Position numbers and translations under genes: made by a program. A stretch of DNA of 64,000 nt from Anaerolineales bacterium. Lineage in GTDB: Bacteria > Chloroflexota > Anaerolineae > Anaerolineales > UBA11579. The notes below the pieces were generated by a model, which saw nothing but the letters and a program-made list of their open reading frames with translations, had not been told where the DNA came from and made no database searches. Below, piece after piece: positions 36,755-48,060 of the stretch. Every line of letters starts with the position of its first letter. Within the stretch, counting starts at the first letter, position 1. The stretch lies in contig JAHCII010000006.1 of the NCBI GenBank assembly GCA_026129305.1, positions 1,056 through 65,055 of the forward strand. The letters are read 5' to 3'.

Positions 36755-36808
36755 TCAACTGTTTGGTTGACAATTGAGTCGAGAACCAGTATCCTAAACC
36801 ATATGGTT
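36755..36808 (+). promoter_or_regulatory. promoter and candidate ArsR operators; leaderless mRNA
   Basis: TTGACA (36767-72), 17 nt, TATCCT (36790-95), then 7 nt to the ATG at 36803. The inverted repeat TCAAC-N6-GTTGA overlaps the -35. The perfect palindrome AACCATATGGTT (36797-36808) overlaps the start codon. Confidence 0.55.
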
Positions 36809-37132
36809 GATGAAACTCCCCCTGTCTTGGACCGCGTGTTTTACGCCTTGTCCAACAGCACCCGGCGGGCGATGCTGCGCCAGCTGACGGGCGGCCAGCG
36901 CAGCGTGGGCGACTTGGCCGCCCCGCACGCGATGAGCCTGGCCGGCGCGGCCAAGCACGTGCGCGTGCTGGAGGAGGCCGGCCTGGTGGCGCGCCAGGTA
37001 CGCGGCCGGGTGCACCTGGTGCGTCTGCAGCCACAGGCGCTGCAGCAGGCCAATCAATGGCTGGCGTTCTATACGCGCTTTTGGAACCAGCAGCTGGATG
37101 CGCTGGAAAACTTGTTCGCCGAAGAGGATTGA
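36803..37132 (+). CDS. ArsR/SmtB-family transcriptional regulator
   Basis: VFYALSNSTRRAMLRQL...SVGDLAAPHAMSLAGAAKHVRVLEEAGLV. Confidence 0.88.
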   Translation: MVDETPPVLDRVFYALSNSTRRAMLRQLTGGQRSVGDLAAPHAMSLAGAAKHVRVLEEAGLVARQVRGRVHLVRLQPQALQQANQWLAFYTRFWNQQLDALENLFAEED

Positions 37133-37135
37133 CGA

Positions 37136-37540
37136 ATGCAAAAGTACACACCCTTCTTAATGTTTGTGAGAGAGCAGCATGGCAAGGCCGAAGAAGCCAT
37201 GCAGTTTTATGCGGCCGTGTTTGCCAAGGCAGAGATTGCCAACCTGGAACGTTTTGGGGCGGGCGAGATGGAGTCGGAGGGCACCCTGCGCAATGGCGTG
37301 CTGCGGCTGGGCGGGCTGGACTACATTTTCATGGACAGCAGCCTGGACCACCGCTTTACGTTTACACCGGCCTTCTCGATTTTTGTGCAGTGCGAGAGTG
37401 AAACCGAGATTGAGAGCGTGTTTGCCAGGTTGACCGAGGCGGGCCATATTCTGATGCCGCTGGACAGCTATGGCTTTAGCCGCCAGTTTGCCTGGGTGCA
37501 AGACAAATATGACGTCTCCTGGCAAATCAACCTGGCTTGA
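37136..37540 (+). CDS. PhnB-like / 3-demethylubiquinone-9 methyltransferase-domain VOC protein
   Basis: KYTPFLMF...AEEAMQFYAAVF...MPLDSYGFSRQFAWVQDKYDVSWQI. Confidence 0.8.
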   Translation: MQKYTPFLMFVREQHGKAEEAMQFYAAVFAKAEIANLERFGAGEMESEGTLRNGVLRLGGLDYIFMDSSLDHRFTFTPAFSIFVQCESETEIESVFARLTEAGHILMPLDSYGFSRQFAWVQDKYDVSWQINLA

Positions 37541-37546
37541 GGTGGC

Positions 37547-38461
37547 GTGGTGATTCGAATTCGACAAGTGTCTGTGACGGTAGCGGATCAGGACAGGGCT
37601 TTTCGCTTCTATACCGAGGTGCTGGGCTTTGTGAAGAAAACCTTGTATCCCCTGGATGTGGATGGAGTGCGCAAGAAAATTGCCCTGGTTTGCGCGCAGG
37701 ACAAAGATGGCCCTGAACTAGTGTTGGAAGCGCTGAACCCGGCCCTGGCTGTGACCGAGACGGTTTTGCAAAAGGCGCGCTACACGCACAAGGTGGCTGC
37801 TGCGGCCTTTGAGGTGGAGGACATCAAGAAGGAATTCAAGCGCTTGAAGAAGCTGGGCGTACAGTTTGCCCAAGAGCCGATTCGGGCCGGAGCGCCAATT
37901 ACCTGGGCCTTGCTGGACGACACCTGCGGCAACCTGATTCAGATTTTTGAATACTGGGACTATGACGGTGAGACCCGCTCTGTGACGGTGGAGCGGCACA
38001 TCGCCGCCCCGCCGGAACAGGTCTTTGAGGCCTGGGTTAATCCGGAATTGGCTTGCAAGTGGCTGATGGCCTCGGCGCAGAGTGTGCCGGGGGATTACAC
38101 CCTGGACACGCAGGTGGGAGGCGAGTGGACGATCCACCGGCGCACACAGGACAAGATTTACACCGCGGTGGGCGAGTATATGGAGATTGACCCGCCGCGG
38201 CGGCTGGTATTCACCTTCTCGATGCCGCAGTTTGCCGTGGATGTGGGCACGGTCACGGTGGAGATTGAACCGGCCGAAGGCGGCAGCCGGGTGCGCCTGA
38301 CACAGTCTGGCGACCGGCCCGGCTACGAGCGCAGCACAGCGCACGGTTGGGAGGGCATGCTGATTCGGCTGGAGCGGAGCCTGACGGGCAAGACGGGCCA
38401 GACCTTGTCCAGCCGGGCTATGCCCAAGAGCAAGAAAGCTAGCCCGGGAAAGAAAGACTAA
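37547..38461 (+). CDS. VOC (glyoxalase) domain fused to an SRPBCC/AHSA1-like domain
   Basis: The N-terminus reads IRQVSVTVADQDRAFRFYTEVLGF. The C-terminus reads RHIAAPPEQVFEAWVNPE...LVFTF...GWEGMLIRLE. It follows an ArsR gene, which is a common operon arrangement. Confidence 0.8.
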   Translation: MVIRIRQVSVTVADQDRAFRFYTEVLGFVKKTLYPLDVDGVRKKIALVCAQDKDGPELVLEALNPALAVTETVLQKARYTHKVAAAAFEVEDIKKEFKRLKKLGVQFAQEPIRAGAPITWALLDDTCGNLIQIFEYWDYDGETRSVTVERHIAAPPEQVFEAWVNPELACKWLMASAQSVPGDYTLDTQVGGEWTIHRRTQDKIYTAVGEYMEIDPPRRLVFTFSMPQFAVDVGTVTVEIEPAEGGSRVRLTQSGDRPGYERSTAHGWEGMLIRLERSLTGKTGQTLSSRAMPKSKKASPGKKD

Positions 38462-38511
38462 GGGCAGGCTGCGTTGACGGGCGGCCCGGCGGCCTGTATA
38501 GTCGCGGGACG

Positions 38512-38835
38512 ATGCGCCGAGTGAGACTCTGGTTTGATGCGTTGCGCGGCGACTTGCGGCAGGTGAATCTGCAAGCGCGCCAGATGTTTGTGTTCTATAG
38601 CGTTTGCTTCATCGTCTTTTTGGGCTGGCGATGGTGGCGGTGACGGACCTGCTGCTGCGCGGCGAGGATTGGGCAGACGGTCTGGGCCTGCTGTTGCGCG
38701 GCCTGATTGCTGAGGCTGTCTTCTTCCCCCTGCTGGGCTTTGGGTTTTCTCGGCTTCCTGGCCACGCAGCAAGGGCTGCGAATCTGGCATGAGTACCAAG
38801 CCAAACGGGTGCGGCGCACCCCAACCAAGACGTAA
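38512..38835 (+). pseudogene. small 2-TM membrane-protein gene interrupted by two compensating frame shifts (or homopolymer sequencing errors)
   Basis: Frame 1 (38512-38643) reads MRRVRLWFDALRGDLRQVNLQARQMFVFYSVCFIVF. Frame 0 (38604-38792) reads GLAMVAVTDLLLRGEDWADGLGLLLRGLIAEAVFFPLLGFGF. Frame 1 resumes with LGFLATQQGLRIWHEYQAKRVRRTPTKT*, ending at a strong terminator. The shifts map to a T5 run (38617-21) and a C5 or T4 run (38726-48). Confidence 0.4.
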
Positions 38836-38868
38836 AAAAAAGCGCTCCTGTTGAGGAGCGCTTTTTTA
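38834..38868. terminator. bidirectional intrinsic terminator
   Basis: An A8 run, then AGCGCTCC-loop-GGAGCGCT, then a T6 run, between convergent gene ends. Confidence 0.8.
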
Positions 38869-40206
38869 TTCGCCGGCCAGCAGCCGGGCCGCCAGTTGTT
38901 GGGCCTGGGAGCGGATCTCCGGCATGGCGGTCGATTCCCACAAGACGCCTTTGAGCGCGGTGCCGAGCGTGTACAGCCGCGGGCCGAGCTGCCCGTCCGG
39001 CCCGGCTTGCAGACCCAGGCGCAGCGCGTCGGGCTGGATGAGGCCCTTGGCCAGCAAATTGCGTACCAGCGGCTGCTCCAGCCGGGCAAAATCGCTCTCA
39101 GAACCGGTGCAGTTGATCAGCACATCCACCGTCAGGCTGTGTTGATCATCATGGCGCCGGTAGCTGACCTGTAGGCCGTCTGCCGCCGGCTCGATATTGT
39201 TGATGCGCCCGGTCAGCCGCTGCAGCTGGCCGGCGGCTTCCAGCTCGGCCAGCACCGCGGCGCATTCGGCCGGCATGCGGTGGCGTGAAACGTCCCAAAT
39301 GCGGCGCAGGTGGCGCATAAAACGGCGCTTTTCCACCAAGGGCAGCCCTTGCCACAGCGCCTGGGTGTCCGGGCGCAGGGCATCCACCACCGCCCGCCAG
39401 TTGCTGCCGCTTTGCTGTGCCAGGGCCAGGTGGCGGCGCACGATGCGCAGCAGCTCCCGCACGGAAGTCTTGCCGGCCAGCTCAGCGGAAAAGCTAGGGT
39501 AGCTGTGCCCCAGCTCGTGCACGGCAGGCGCCCAGCCGTGGGTGGAGATGGCATGGATCAGCCCGCGGTGCCCGGCCTCGTGCAGACTGAGGATGGTGTC
39601 CACCGCGGTCAGTCCCATGCCGATGATCAGCACGCGTGCCCCGACCGGGATCTTATCCGCCAGCTGCGGGTCCCAGGGGTTGTGCTGGTAGCCGGGGTGG
39701 CTGCGATACTCTTGCGATCCGCCGCGCAGGTACGGTGGCAGGAAATTGCCAAAAGCCAGCACTACCTGGTCTGAGGGCAGCTGTTGGCCGGAGGCCAGCT
39801 GCACGACCAGCCCGCCGGTTGCATGGCTGACGTCCACGGCTTCGTCCTCGTGCAGTTGCAAGGTAACCGCCGCGGCGTTGCCTGCCAGGCTTTCCTCCAG
39901 CAGAGCCGCCAGGTAATCGCCGTACCAGCGCCGCGGCACGAAGGCGTCGGCCTCCAGCGCATGCCCTCGGCTGAGCAGCCAGCGGTGGAAATGTTGCGGC
40001 TCCTGTGGAAAGGCGCTCATTTTGCCGGCCGGCACATTCAGCCGGTGAGTCAGGCTGGCGGCGGAATAGGCCACGCCGCGCCCGGGCTGCGGGCGGCTTT
40101 CCACCAGGTGGATGGTGAGCGGCTGCTGCTGCTGGTTGAGGCGAATAAGTTGGATGGCCAGCAGCGTGCCCGAGGCCCCGCCGCCGATGATGGTGATTGT
40201 GTGCAT
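38866..40206 (-). CDS. FAD/NAD(P)-binding oxidoreductase (NAD_binding_9-like)
   Basis: MHTITIIGGGASGTLLAIQL is a dinucleotide-binding fold. A second Rossmann segment reads RVLIIGMGLTAVD. Confidence 0.75.
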   Translation of the reverse strand: MHTITIIGGGASGTLLAIQLIRLNQQQQPLTIHLVESRPQPGRGVAYSAASLTHRLNVPAGKMSAFPQEPQHFHRWLLSRGHALEADAFVPRRWYGDYLAALLEESLAGNAAAVTLQLHEDEAVDVSHATGGLVVQLASGQQLPSDQVVLAFGNFLPPYLRGGSQEYRSHPGYQHNPWDPQLADKIPVGARVLIIGMGLTAVDTILSLHEAGHRGLIHAISTHGWAPAVHELGHSYPSFSAELAGKTSVRELLRIVRRHLALAQQSGSNWRAVVDALRPDTQALWQGLPLVEKRRFMRHLRRIWDVSRHRMPAECAAVLAELEAAGQLQRLTGRINNIEPAADGLQVSYRRHDDQHSLTVDVLINCTGSESDFARLEQPLVRNLLAKGLIQPDALRLGLQAGPDGQLGPRLYTLGTALKGVLWESTAMPEIRSQAQQLAARLLAGE

Positions 40207-40280
40207 GGCAATTCTTCCCGAAAGACTGAGCGCCCAATCACTTGGGCGCTCAGGTATTTTATCCTACTTTTCTAATCGGA

Positions 40281-42794
<2,514 letters not shown>

Positions 42795-42939
42795 TCCTGC
42801 CACGTACAATCTCCGTTCTTGCTGGAAAAACGCCGCGCTGAGGGTCAGCACGGCATTGCCAACAACGGTTTGATTCTACCAAACTCCAAAATGGATAACT
42901 GTCAACCAAAAGGCGTGTTGGCCCGCGCCCACGCTTGAA

Positions 42940-44445
42940 TTAAGACTTTTCTGGATTGTGGGCGTAGATGGGTTCGGCCAATTTTGCGCCAAAGGCTGCC
43001 AGGGTGTGAACATCGCCGCCCGAAAACCCGCGGCCCTGTCTGCGCTTGCCCAGGCGCAGCACTCCGAGCACCTCGGCGCCTTTGCGGCGGGGCAGGTAGA
43101 TCGGAGTGGTCAACACGAAAGGCGCTTCAGTGTCGTTGAGGATGCCTTTCTTCTGAGTCAATTGCTCCTGTTGGCTCGGACTGGGTTGGTAAAGGCCCAA
43201 TTCGCTCTGGGCCATCCCGCGCGCTGCCGCCGGACGATAATCACCGCGGCCATCCCGCAAATAGATTGCTGAGACTTCGTGACTGTAAATAGCCTCCAAA
43301 TGCTCCAAGGTGGCTTCCAGGGTGCGCGGCAGGCTGACCCAGTTCCACAAATTGGCGTTTAACTCGATCAACCCTTCGGACAGGTCGATCTTCTCCGGGA
43401 ACAAGCGCCTGTTGATGGCATTCTCGACCCGGGTGCGCAAGGGGGTGAACAGACTGGCAACCACGATAGCGGCTACGGCGGCAGCGGCCTGCTGCATCTC
43501 TTCACCGAAAGCCGCCTTGGCCACCTGGGAAAGGGCCGCGGCTGTGCCGGCGAATATGGCGGCCAGCACGGTAGTCAGGGCACCGTATACCAGAGAGCGG
43601 TTAATAACTACATCAATATCCCACAAGCGGTAACGCAAAACAGCGATGCCGATGGAGACCGGGATGGCCAATACCGATAAGATAAACGCGGTTTCGCCGA
43701 ACAGACCTTCCACATAGTCTTCGAGGACAAAGCCGATGGCATAGTTGATCATGAACAGGGTGCAGGCGATGAACAGCCAGCGCATTTGCGCCCGCTCCAC
43801 AGGCTGCGCCCGGCGGTAGCGCACAAATACGGAAACCAGCGAAACAAGCGCCCCGCCCACCAGCAAAACCGCCATCACTCCCACCAGAGTTTCAACCAGA
43901 TCAGCCGGCAGAAAACCGATCGGGTTGGGCAGCACGCGGCCGGTATCGCCGATCTCTGCATCGGGCGCAAATGTAAGCAGGAAAAGGAACAGGATGAATG
44001 CGCCCAGCACCAGCCCTACACCCCAGCGCCAGCGCTTGGAGATTAGCTGACCTGTGGGAAACAAGTAAAAGATCAGCAGGATCGGAGCAATCAGCAGCCA
44101 CCATGACCAGTTGTTGAACCAAACATACAGGAACAGCGGGATGTCCAGTTCGCTTGCCGCTGCCAAGCGCGGCTCCATGAATTGGCTGAGGATGGTGGCG
44201 ATAGTGATCATGATTGGCGTGACCATCAGCAGCCAGCCGATCACATGGCGGCGATCCCGACTGATGATTAATGCACCGACCACCGCAAAAGTCAGCGCTG
44301 CGGTCCTCCACAGAATTTCGGAATAAAAGCGATCCGGGAATAAGTCGCGTTGGGCGTACAGCAGCGCATAGTTCACCACCGCCATCAGGCCAACCACGAC
44401 CCAAACCGCGCGGGGCCAACGAGACTGTTTCTTTTTCTTTTCCAT
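42940..44445 (-). CDS. polytopic membrane protein with a C-terminal GAF domain (sensor-like, no output domain)
   Basis: About 9 TM helices, then a GAF-like segment AIYLRDGRGDYRPAAARGM...VLGVLRLGKRRQGRGFSGGDVHTLAAFG. GGGAGC RBS before the ATG at 44445. Confidence 0.7.
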   Translation of the reverse strand: MEKKKKQSRWPRAVWVVVGLMAVVNYALLYAQRDLFPDRFYSEILWRTAALTFAVVGALIISRDRRHVIGWLLMVTPIMITIATILSQFMEPRLAAASELDIPLFLYVWFNNWSWWLLIAPILLIFYLFPTGQLISKRWRWGVGLVLGAFILFLFLLTFAPDAEIGDTGRVLPNPIGFLPADLVETLVGVMAVLLVGGALVSLVSVFVRYRRAQPVERAQMRWLFIACTLFMINYAIGFVLEDYVEGLFGETAFILSVLAIPVSIGIAVLRYRLWDIDVVINRSLVYGALTTVLAAIFAGTAAALSQVAKAAFGEEMQQAAAAVAAIVVASLFTPLRTRVENAINRRLFPEKIDLSEGLIELNANLWNWVSLPRTLEATLEHLEAIYSHEVSAIYLRDGRGDYRPAAARGMAQSELGLYQPSPSQQEQLTQKKGILNDTEAPFVLTTPIYLPRRKGAEVLGVLRLGKRRQGRGFSGGDVHTLAAFGAKLAEPIYAHNPEKS

Positions 44446-44464
44446 GGTCGCTCCCGATATATAC

Positions 44465-44493
44465 AAAAAGAGCGTGTTCTACACGCTCTTTTA
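44465..44493. terminator. bidirectional terminator (end of rpsA)
   Basis: AGAGCGTG-TTCTA-CACGCTCT flanked by an A-run and a T-run. Confidence 0.8.
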
Positions 44494-44510
44494 TTTCCAG
44501 GTCTGCCTGC

Positions 44511-45890
44511 CTAGCTTCCTTCTTCGTCCTGTGGGGGTTCAGCTTCCTCGCTGATGGGTTCAGCTTCTTGCGCGTCTTCCTCCGCGGGCGCTTCAGCCGC
44601 CGGAGCTTCGTCGGTGGCTGCTTCCACTTCGGCTTCGGCCTCAGGTGCGGCTTCTGCCACCGGGCTGCCTGCGTCGGCATCCAGGCCGGCTTCGGCCAGG
44701 GCGGCTTCATAGTCCTGGTCGCTGAACTGGGCGGAGTTTACCTTGCGCAGCGACAGGCCGATGCGGCGGTTGTCGGTCTCGATGCGAATGACACGCAGGG
44801 TGACCTGGTCGCCTTCTTTGACGACCTCTTTGGGGTGCTCCACGCGGTCTTCGCTCAGTTCGGAGATGTGGATCAGACCTTCCACATATTCATCCAGGCG
44901 GGCAAAGGCGCCAAACTTCACCAGGCGGGTGATGGTGCCCTGCACCAACTGGCCCACCTTGTAGCCGTCCACGTGCTTGTCCCAGGGGTCGGACTGCAGC
45001 TGACGCATGGACAAACCAATGCGCTTGCGCTCCTGGTCAATGTTGATCACTTTGACCTCGACTTCGTCGCCCACCTTGAGCAGCTTGTTGGGGTGGTCCA
45101 CGCGTTCCCACGACAATTCAGAGAGATGCACCAGGCCGTCAGCGCCGTTGATGTTCACAAAGGCGCCGAAATCTGCAATGCTGGTGACGCGCCCCTTGCG
45201 GGTGTCGCCCACCTTGATCTCGGAGAGCAGGCGGTCCTTGAGGGCTTCACGCGTTTCCTGAGCAGCGGCGCGCTCGGAAAGAATCAGGCGGCGGCGCTCG
45301 CGGTCCACTTCGATCACGCGGCCCACCAGCGATTCGCCCACCATGTCACCCCAGCGCTGTTCGGGCGTGTCGCCCTTGTAGCGCATGCGGCGCACTTGGC
45401 TGATCTGCGAGGCAGGCACAAAGCCGCGCAAACGGCCGACGCGCACAATCAGGCCGCCTTTGTTGTGGCCGATCACGTCGCCTTGATAGGTTTCCTTCGA
45501 CTTGAGCAGCTCTTCAGCTTGCACCCAGTCGTCGTCTTCCATTGAACGCGTGTAAGAAAGCTGCATGGCGCCGCGGCTCAGGTCGGCGCTGACCACATAG
45601 ACTTGGATCTCGTCGCCGACTTTCAGCTTTTCGCGCTCTTCCGCACCGAGTTGTTGGACTTCCCGCGAGGGGATTACGCCCTCCGACTTGGCCCCAATGC
45701 TGACCATAATTTCATCGTTATTTACGCTGGCGATCACGCCAGTGACCACATCACCAGACTTGGGCAGGTCCCAGTTCAGGTCCCCCTGCTGCAATAATTG
45801 CTCCATGGTCAGTTCATTTGTTGGGTTTGCCGCCTTGCTGTCATTCGCAATGGCTTCTTCCCCCTCCTGGGGGATCTGATTTTGCTCCAT
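44511..45890 (-). CDS. rpsA: 30S ribosomal protein S1 (four S1 domains, acidic tail)
   Basis: Repeated S1 OB motifs (GDVVTGVI.., GDVIGHNKGGLIV, GRVTSIADFGAFV, GTITRLVKFGAFARL). Confidence 0.93.
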   Translation of the reverse strand: MEQNQIPQEGEEAIANDSKAANPTNELTMEQLLQQGDLNWDLPKSGDVVTGVIASVNNDEIMVSIGAKSEGVIPSREVQQLGAEEREKLKVGDEIQVYVVSADLSRGAMQLSYTRSMEDDDWVQAEELLKSKETYQGDVIGHNKGGLIVRVGRLRGFVPASQISQVRRMRYKGDTPEQRWGDMVGESLVGRVIEVDRERRRLILSERAAAQETREALKDRLLSEIKVGDTRKGRVTSIADFGAFVNINGADGLVHLSELSWERVDHPNKLLKVGDEVEVKVINIDQERKRIGLSMRQLQSDPWDKHVDGYKVGQLVQGTITRLVKFGAFARLDEYVEGLIHISELSEDRVEHPKEVVKEGDQVTLRVIRIETDNRRIGLSLRKVNSAQFSDQDYEAALAEAGLDADAGSPVAEAAPEAEAEVEAATDEAPAAEAPAEEDAQEAEPISEEAEPPQDEEGS

Positions 45891-46003
45891 TAAAGTATTA
45901 ACTCCAGGATCCGAGATGGGCGCTATTATAACCGCTTAAGATTGGCATGCCAGCCTGTGATAACATTAACTCTTGCGTGCATGCTGACGCCCCCAATAGC
46001 CTT

Positions 46004-47113
46004 ATGCGAATGATTTATCCTTTTACTGCGATTGTTGGCCAGGAGCGCCTAAAGCGCTCCTTGATCTTGAATGCCGTGGATCTGCGCATCGGTGGTGTGC
46101 TGATCCGTGGCGAACGCGGCACGGCCAAGTCCACCGCGGCGCGCGCCCTGGCTGCCCTGCTGCCGGAGATCGACGTCTTCGCCGACTCGCCCTTCAACGA
46201 TGACCCGCACAGCCCGGAATCCTGGTCTGACTGGGTCAAAGAGCGCAAGTCCGCCGGGGAGGAACTGCGTGTGGCCAAGCGCAAGATCGGCTTCATCGAC
46301 CTGCCGGTCAGCGCCACCGAAGACCGCGTGGTCGGCACCCTGGACATCGAACGCGCCATCCAAAAAGGCGAGCGCCGCTTTGAACCCGGCGTACTGGCCG
46401 CCGCCAACCGCGGCCTACTTTACATCGACGAGGTCAACCTGCTGGACGACCACGTGGTCGACCTGTTGCTCGACTCGGCGGCGATGGGCGTGAACACAGT
46501 GGAACGCGAGGGCATTTCTTTCGTGCACCCGGCGCGCTTCATCCTGATCGGCACGATGAACCCAGAGGAAGGCGACCTGCGCCCGCAGCTGCTGGACCGC
46601 TTTGCCCTCTCCGTGGAAATGCAGGGCATCCGGGATGCGCGCCAGCGCGTGGAAATCATGCAGCGCAACCTGGCCTTTGAAAGCAAGCCAGAAGCCTTTT
46701 ATAAGCAGTGGGAACCCAAAGAACAACAGCTCGCCGAGCGCATTCTGGCCGCCCGCAACCTGGTGGACAACGTCGATTACAGCTCGCGCGACCTGATCTC
46801 CATCGCCGCTCTGACCTCTTCCCTGCAGGTGGACGGCCACCGCGCCGACCTGGTGATCCTCAAGACCGCCCGCGCCCAGGCCGCCTTCGACAGCCGTAAA
46901 GCCATCAGCGATTTGGATATTGCCATCGCCGCCGAGCTGGCCCTGCCGCACCGCATCAAGCGCGGCCCCTTCTACCAGGCCGAAATGACCGTCACTGAAC
47001 TGCAGGAACGTATTGCGGAAGTGCAGAAGGACGCCGCCAATCAGGCCGAGATGGACGCTGAAGGCGAAGAGTCTGAGACCGAAGAGCAGACCCAGGACCA
47101 AAAAAAAAACTAG
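46004..47113 (+). CDS. ChlI/BchI-like AAA+ ATPase (Mg-chelatase subunit I family)
   Basis: IYPFTAIVGQERLKRSLILNAVDLRIGGVLIRGERGTAKST and Walker B LLYIDEVNLLDDHVVDLLLD. The acidic tail ends QDQKKN* inside an A10 run. Confidence 0.88.
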   Translation: MRMIYPFTAIVGQERLKRSLILNAVDLRIGGVLIRGERGTAKSTAARALAALLPEIDVFADSPFNDDPHSPESWSDWVKERKSAGEELRVAKRKIGFIDLPVSATEDRVVGTLDIERAIQKGERRFEPGVLAAANRGLLYIDEVNLLDDHVVDLLLDSAAMGVNTVEREGISFVHPARFILIGTMNPEEGDLRPQLLDRFALSVEMQGIRDARQRVEIMQRNLAFESKPEAFYKQWEPKEQQLAERILAARNLVDNVDYSSRDLISIAALTSSLQVDGHRADLVILKTARAQAAFDSRKAISDLDIAIAAELALPHRIKRGPFYQAEMTVTELQERIAEVQKDAANQAEMDAEGEESETEEQTQDQKKN

Positions 47114-47175
47114 ACGAGCAACAGGCTAGCGAAGCCGAGCCCACCGACCGCAGCACAGAGCCCGCGCCGCAGGAT

Positions 47176-48060
47176 GTGTTCGGCGGCAATGACGCCCGCT
47201 GGTGGGATGGCGGCCAGCAAGTGCAGGCCAGCCAACCCTTTGCCCCCCGCAAGATCGACAACCCGCTGGACAAGATGACCCGCCGCCAGAGCGGACGTCG
47301 TTCGCGCACCCACACGGAGCGCAAACGCGGCCGCTACATCCAGGCGCGACCGGCCGGCAATGACCTGAGCGATATCGCCTTCGACGCCACCTTCCGCGCC
47401 GCGGCCCCGCACCAGCAGGCCCGCAAGGAGCAGCGCAAGCAGATGGCTTTCGCCATCCAGCGCCAGGACCTGCAGCGCAAAGTGCGCGTCAAACGCGCCG
47501 CCAACTTGGTGGTCTTCGTGGTGGACGCTTCCTGGTCCATGGCGGTGTCTGAGCGTATGGCGGCCACCAAAGGCGCCATCCTCTCACTGCTCACCGACGC
47601 TTACCAGCGCCGTGACCGGGTCGGGCTGATCGTCTTCCAGAAAGACCGCGCCAACCTGATCCTGCCGCCGACCAACTCGGTGCAGCTGGCGCAGCGCGCC
47701 CTGGCGGACATCCCAGTGGGCGGCAAGACGCCGCTGTCGGCCGGCTTGGCACTGGCCTACGAAGTTATCTCGCGCGAAAAGCGCCTGCATCCAGACGTGA
47801 TGCCGCTGATGATCCTGCTGACCGACGGCGCCGGCAATGTCTCGATTGGCCCAGGCGATCCCAAAAAGGAAGCGCAGCACCTGGCGGAACAGATCGCCAA
47901 TGATGAGATCCGCAGCGTGGTGGTCAACATGGAGCATGCCGCTTTTGACCAGGGCCTGGCCGACCAACTGGCCGAGCATCTCAAGGCCCCCTGCTATACC
48001 CTCGGCGAACTGCGCGCCGAGAGCCTGTACCAGACCGTGCGCGAGCAGATGGGGCGCTAA
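47176..48060 (+). CDS. ChlD/BchD C-terminal-like VWA domain protein (start uncertain; frame open back through the A10 run at 47100-47109)
   Basis: MIDAS motif VVDASWSM...GGKTPL...LTDGAGN, and ChlD-like DIAFDATFRAAAP. There is no convincing RBS or ATG. The track start is a GTG. Confidence 0.8.
   Translation: MFGGNDARWWDGGQQVQASQPFAPRKIDNPLDKMTRRQSGRRSRTHTERKRGRYIQARPAGNDLSDIAFDATFRAAAPHQQARKEQRKQMAFAIQRQDLQRKVRVKRAANLVVFVVDASWSMAVSERMAATKGAILSLLTDAYQRRDRVGLIVFQKDRANLILPPTNSVQLAQRALADIPVGGKTPLSAGLALAYEVISREKRLHPDVMPLMILLTDGAGNVSIGPGDPKKEAQHLAEQIANDEIRSVVVNMEHAAFDQGLADQLAEHLKAPCYTLGELRAESLYQTVREQMGR

Noticed and set aside
42795-42939. CtsR or CIRCE heat-shock operator upstream of clpC.
   Set aside because: No GGTCAAA direct repeat and no TTAGCACTC-N9-GAGTGCTAA inverted repeat is present. 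There is only a TTGACA...TAGAAT pair with non-canonical spacing, which is too weak to call.
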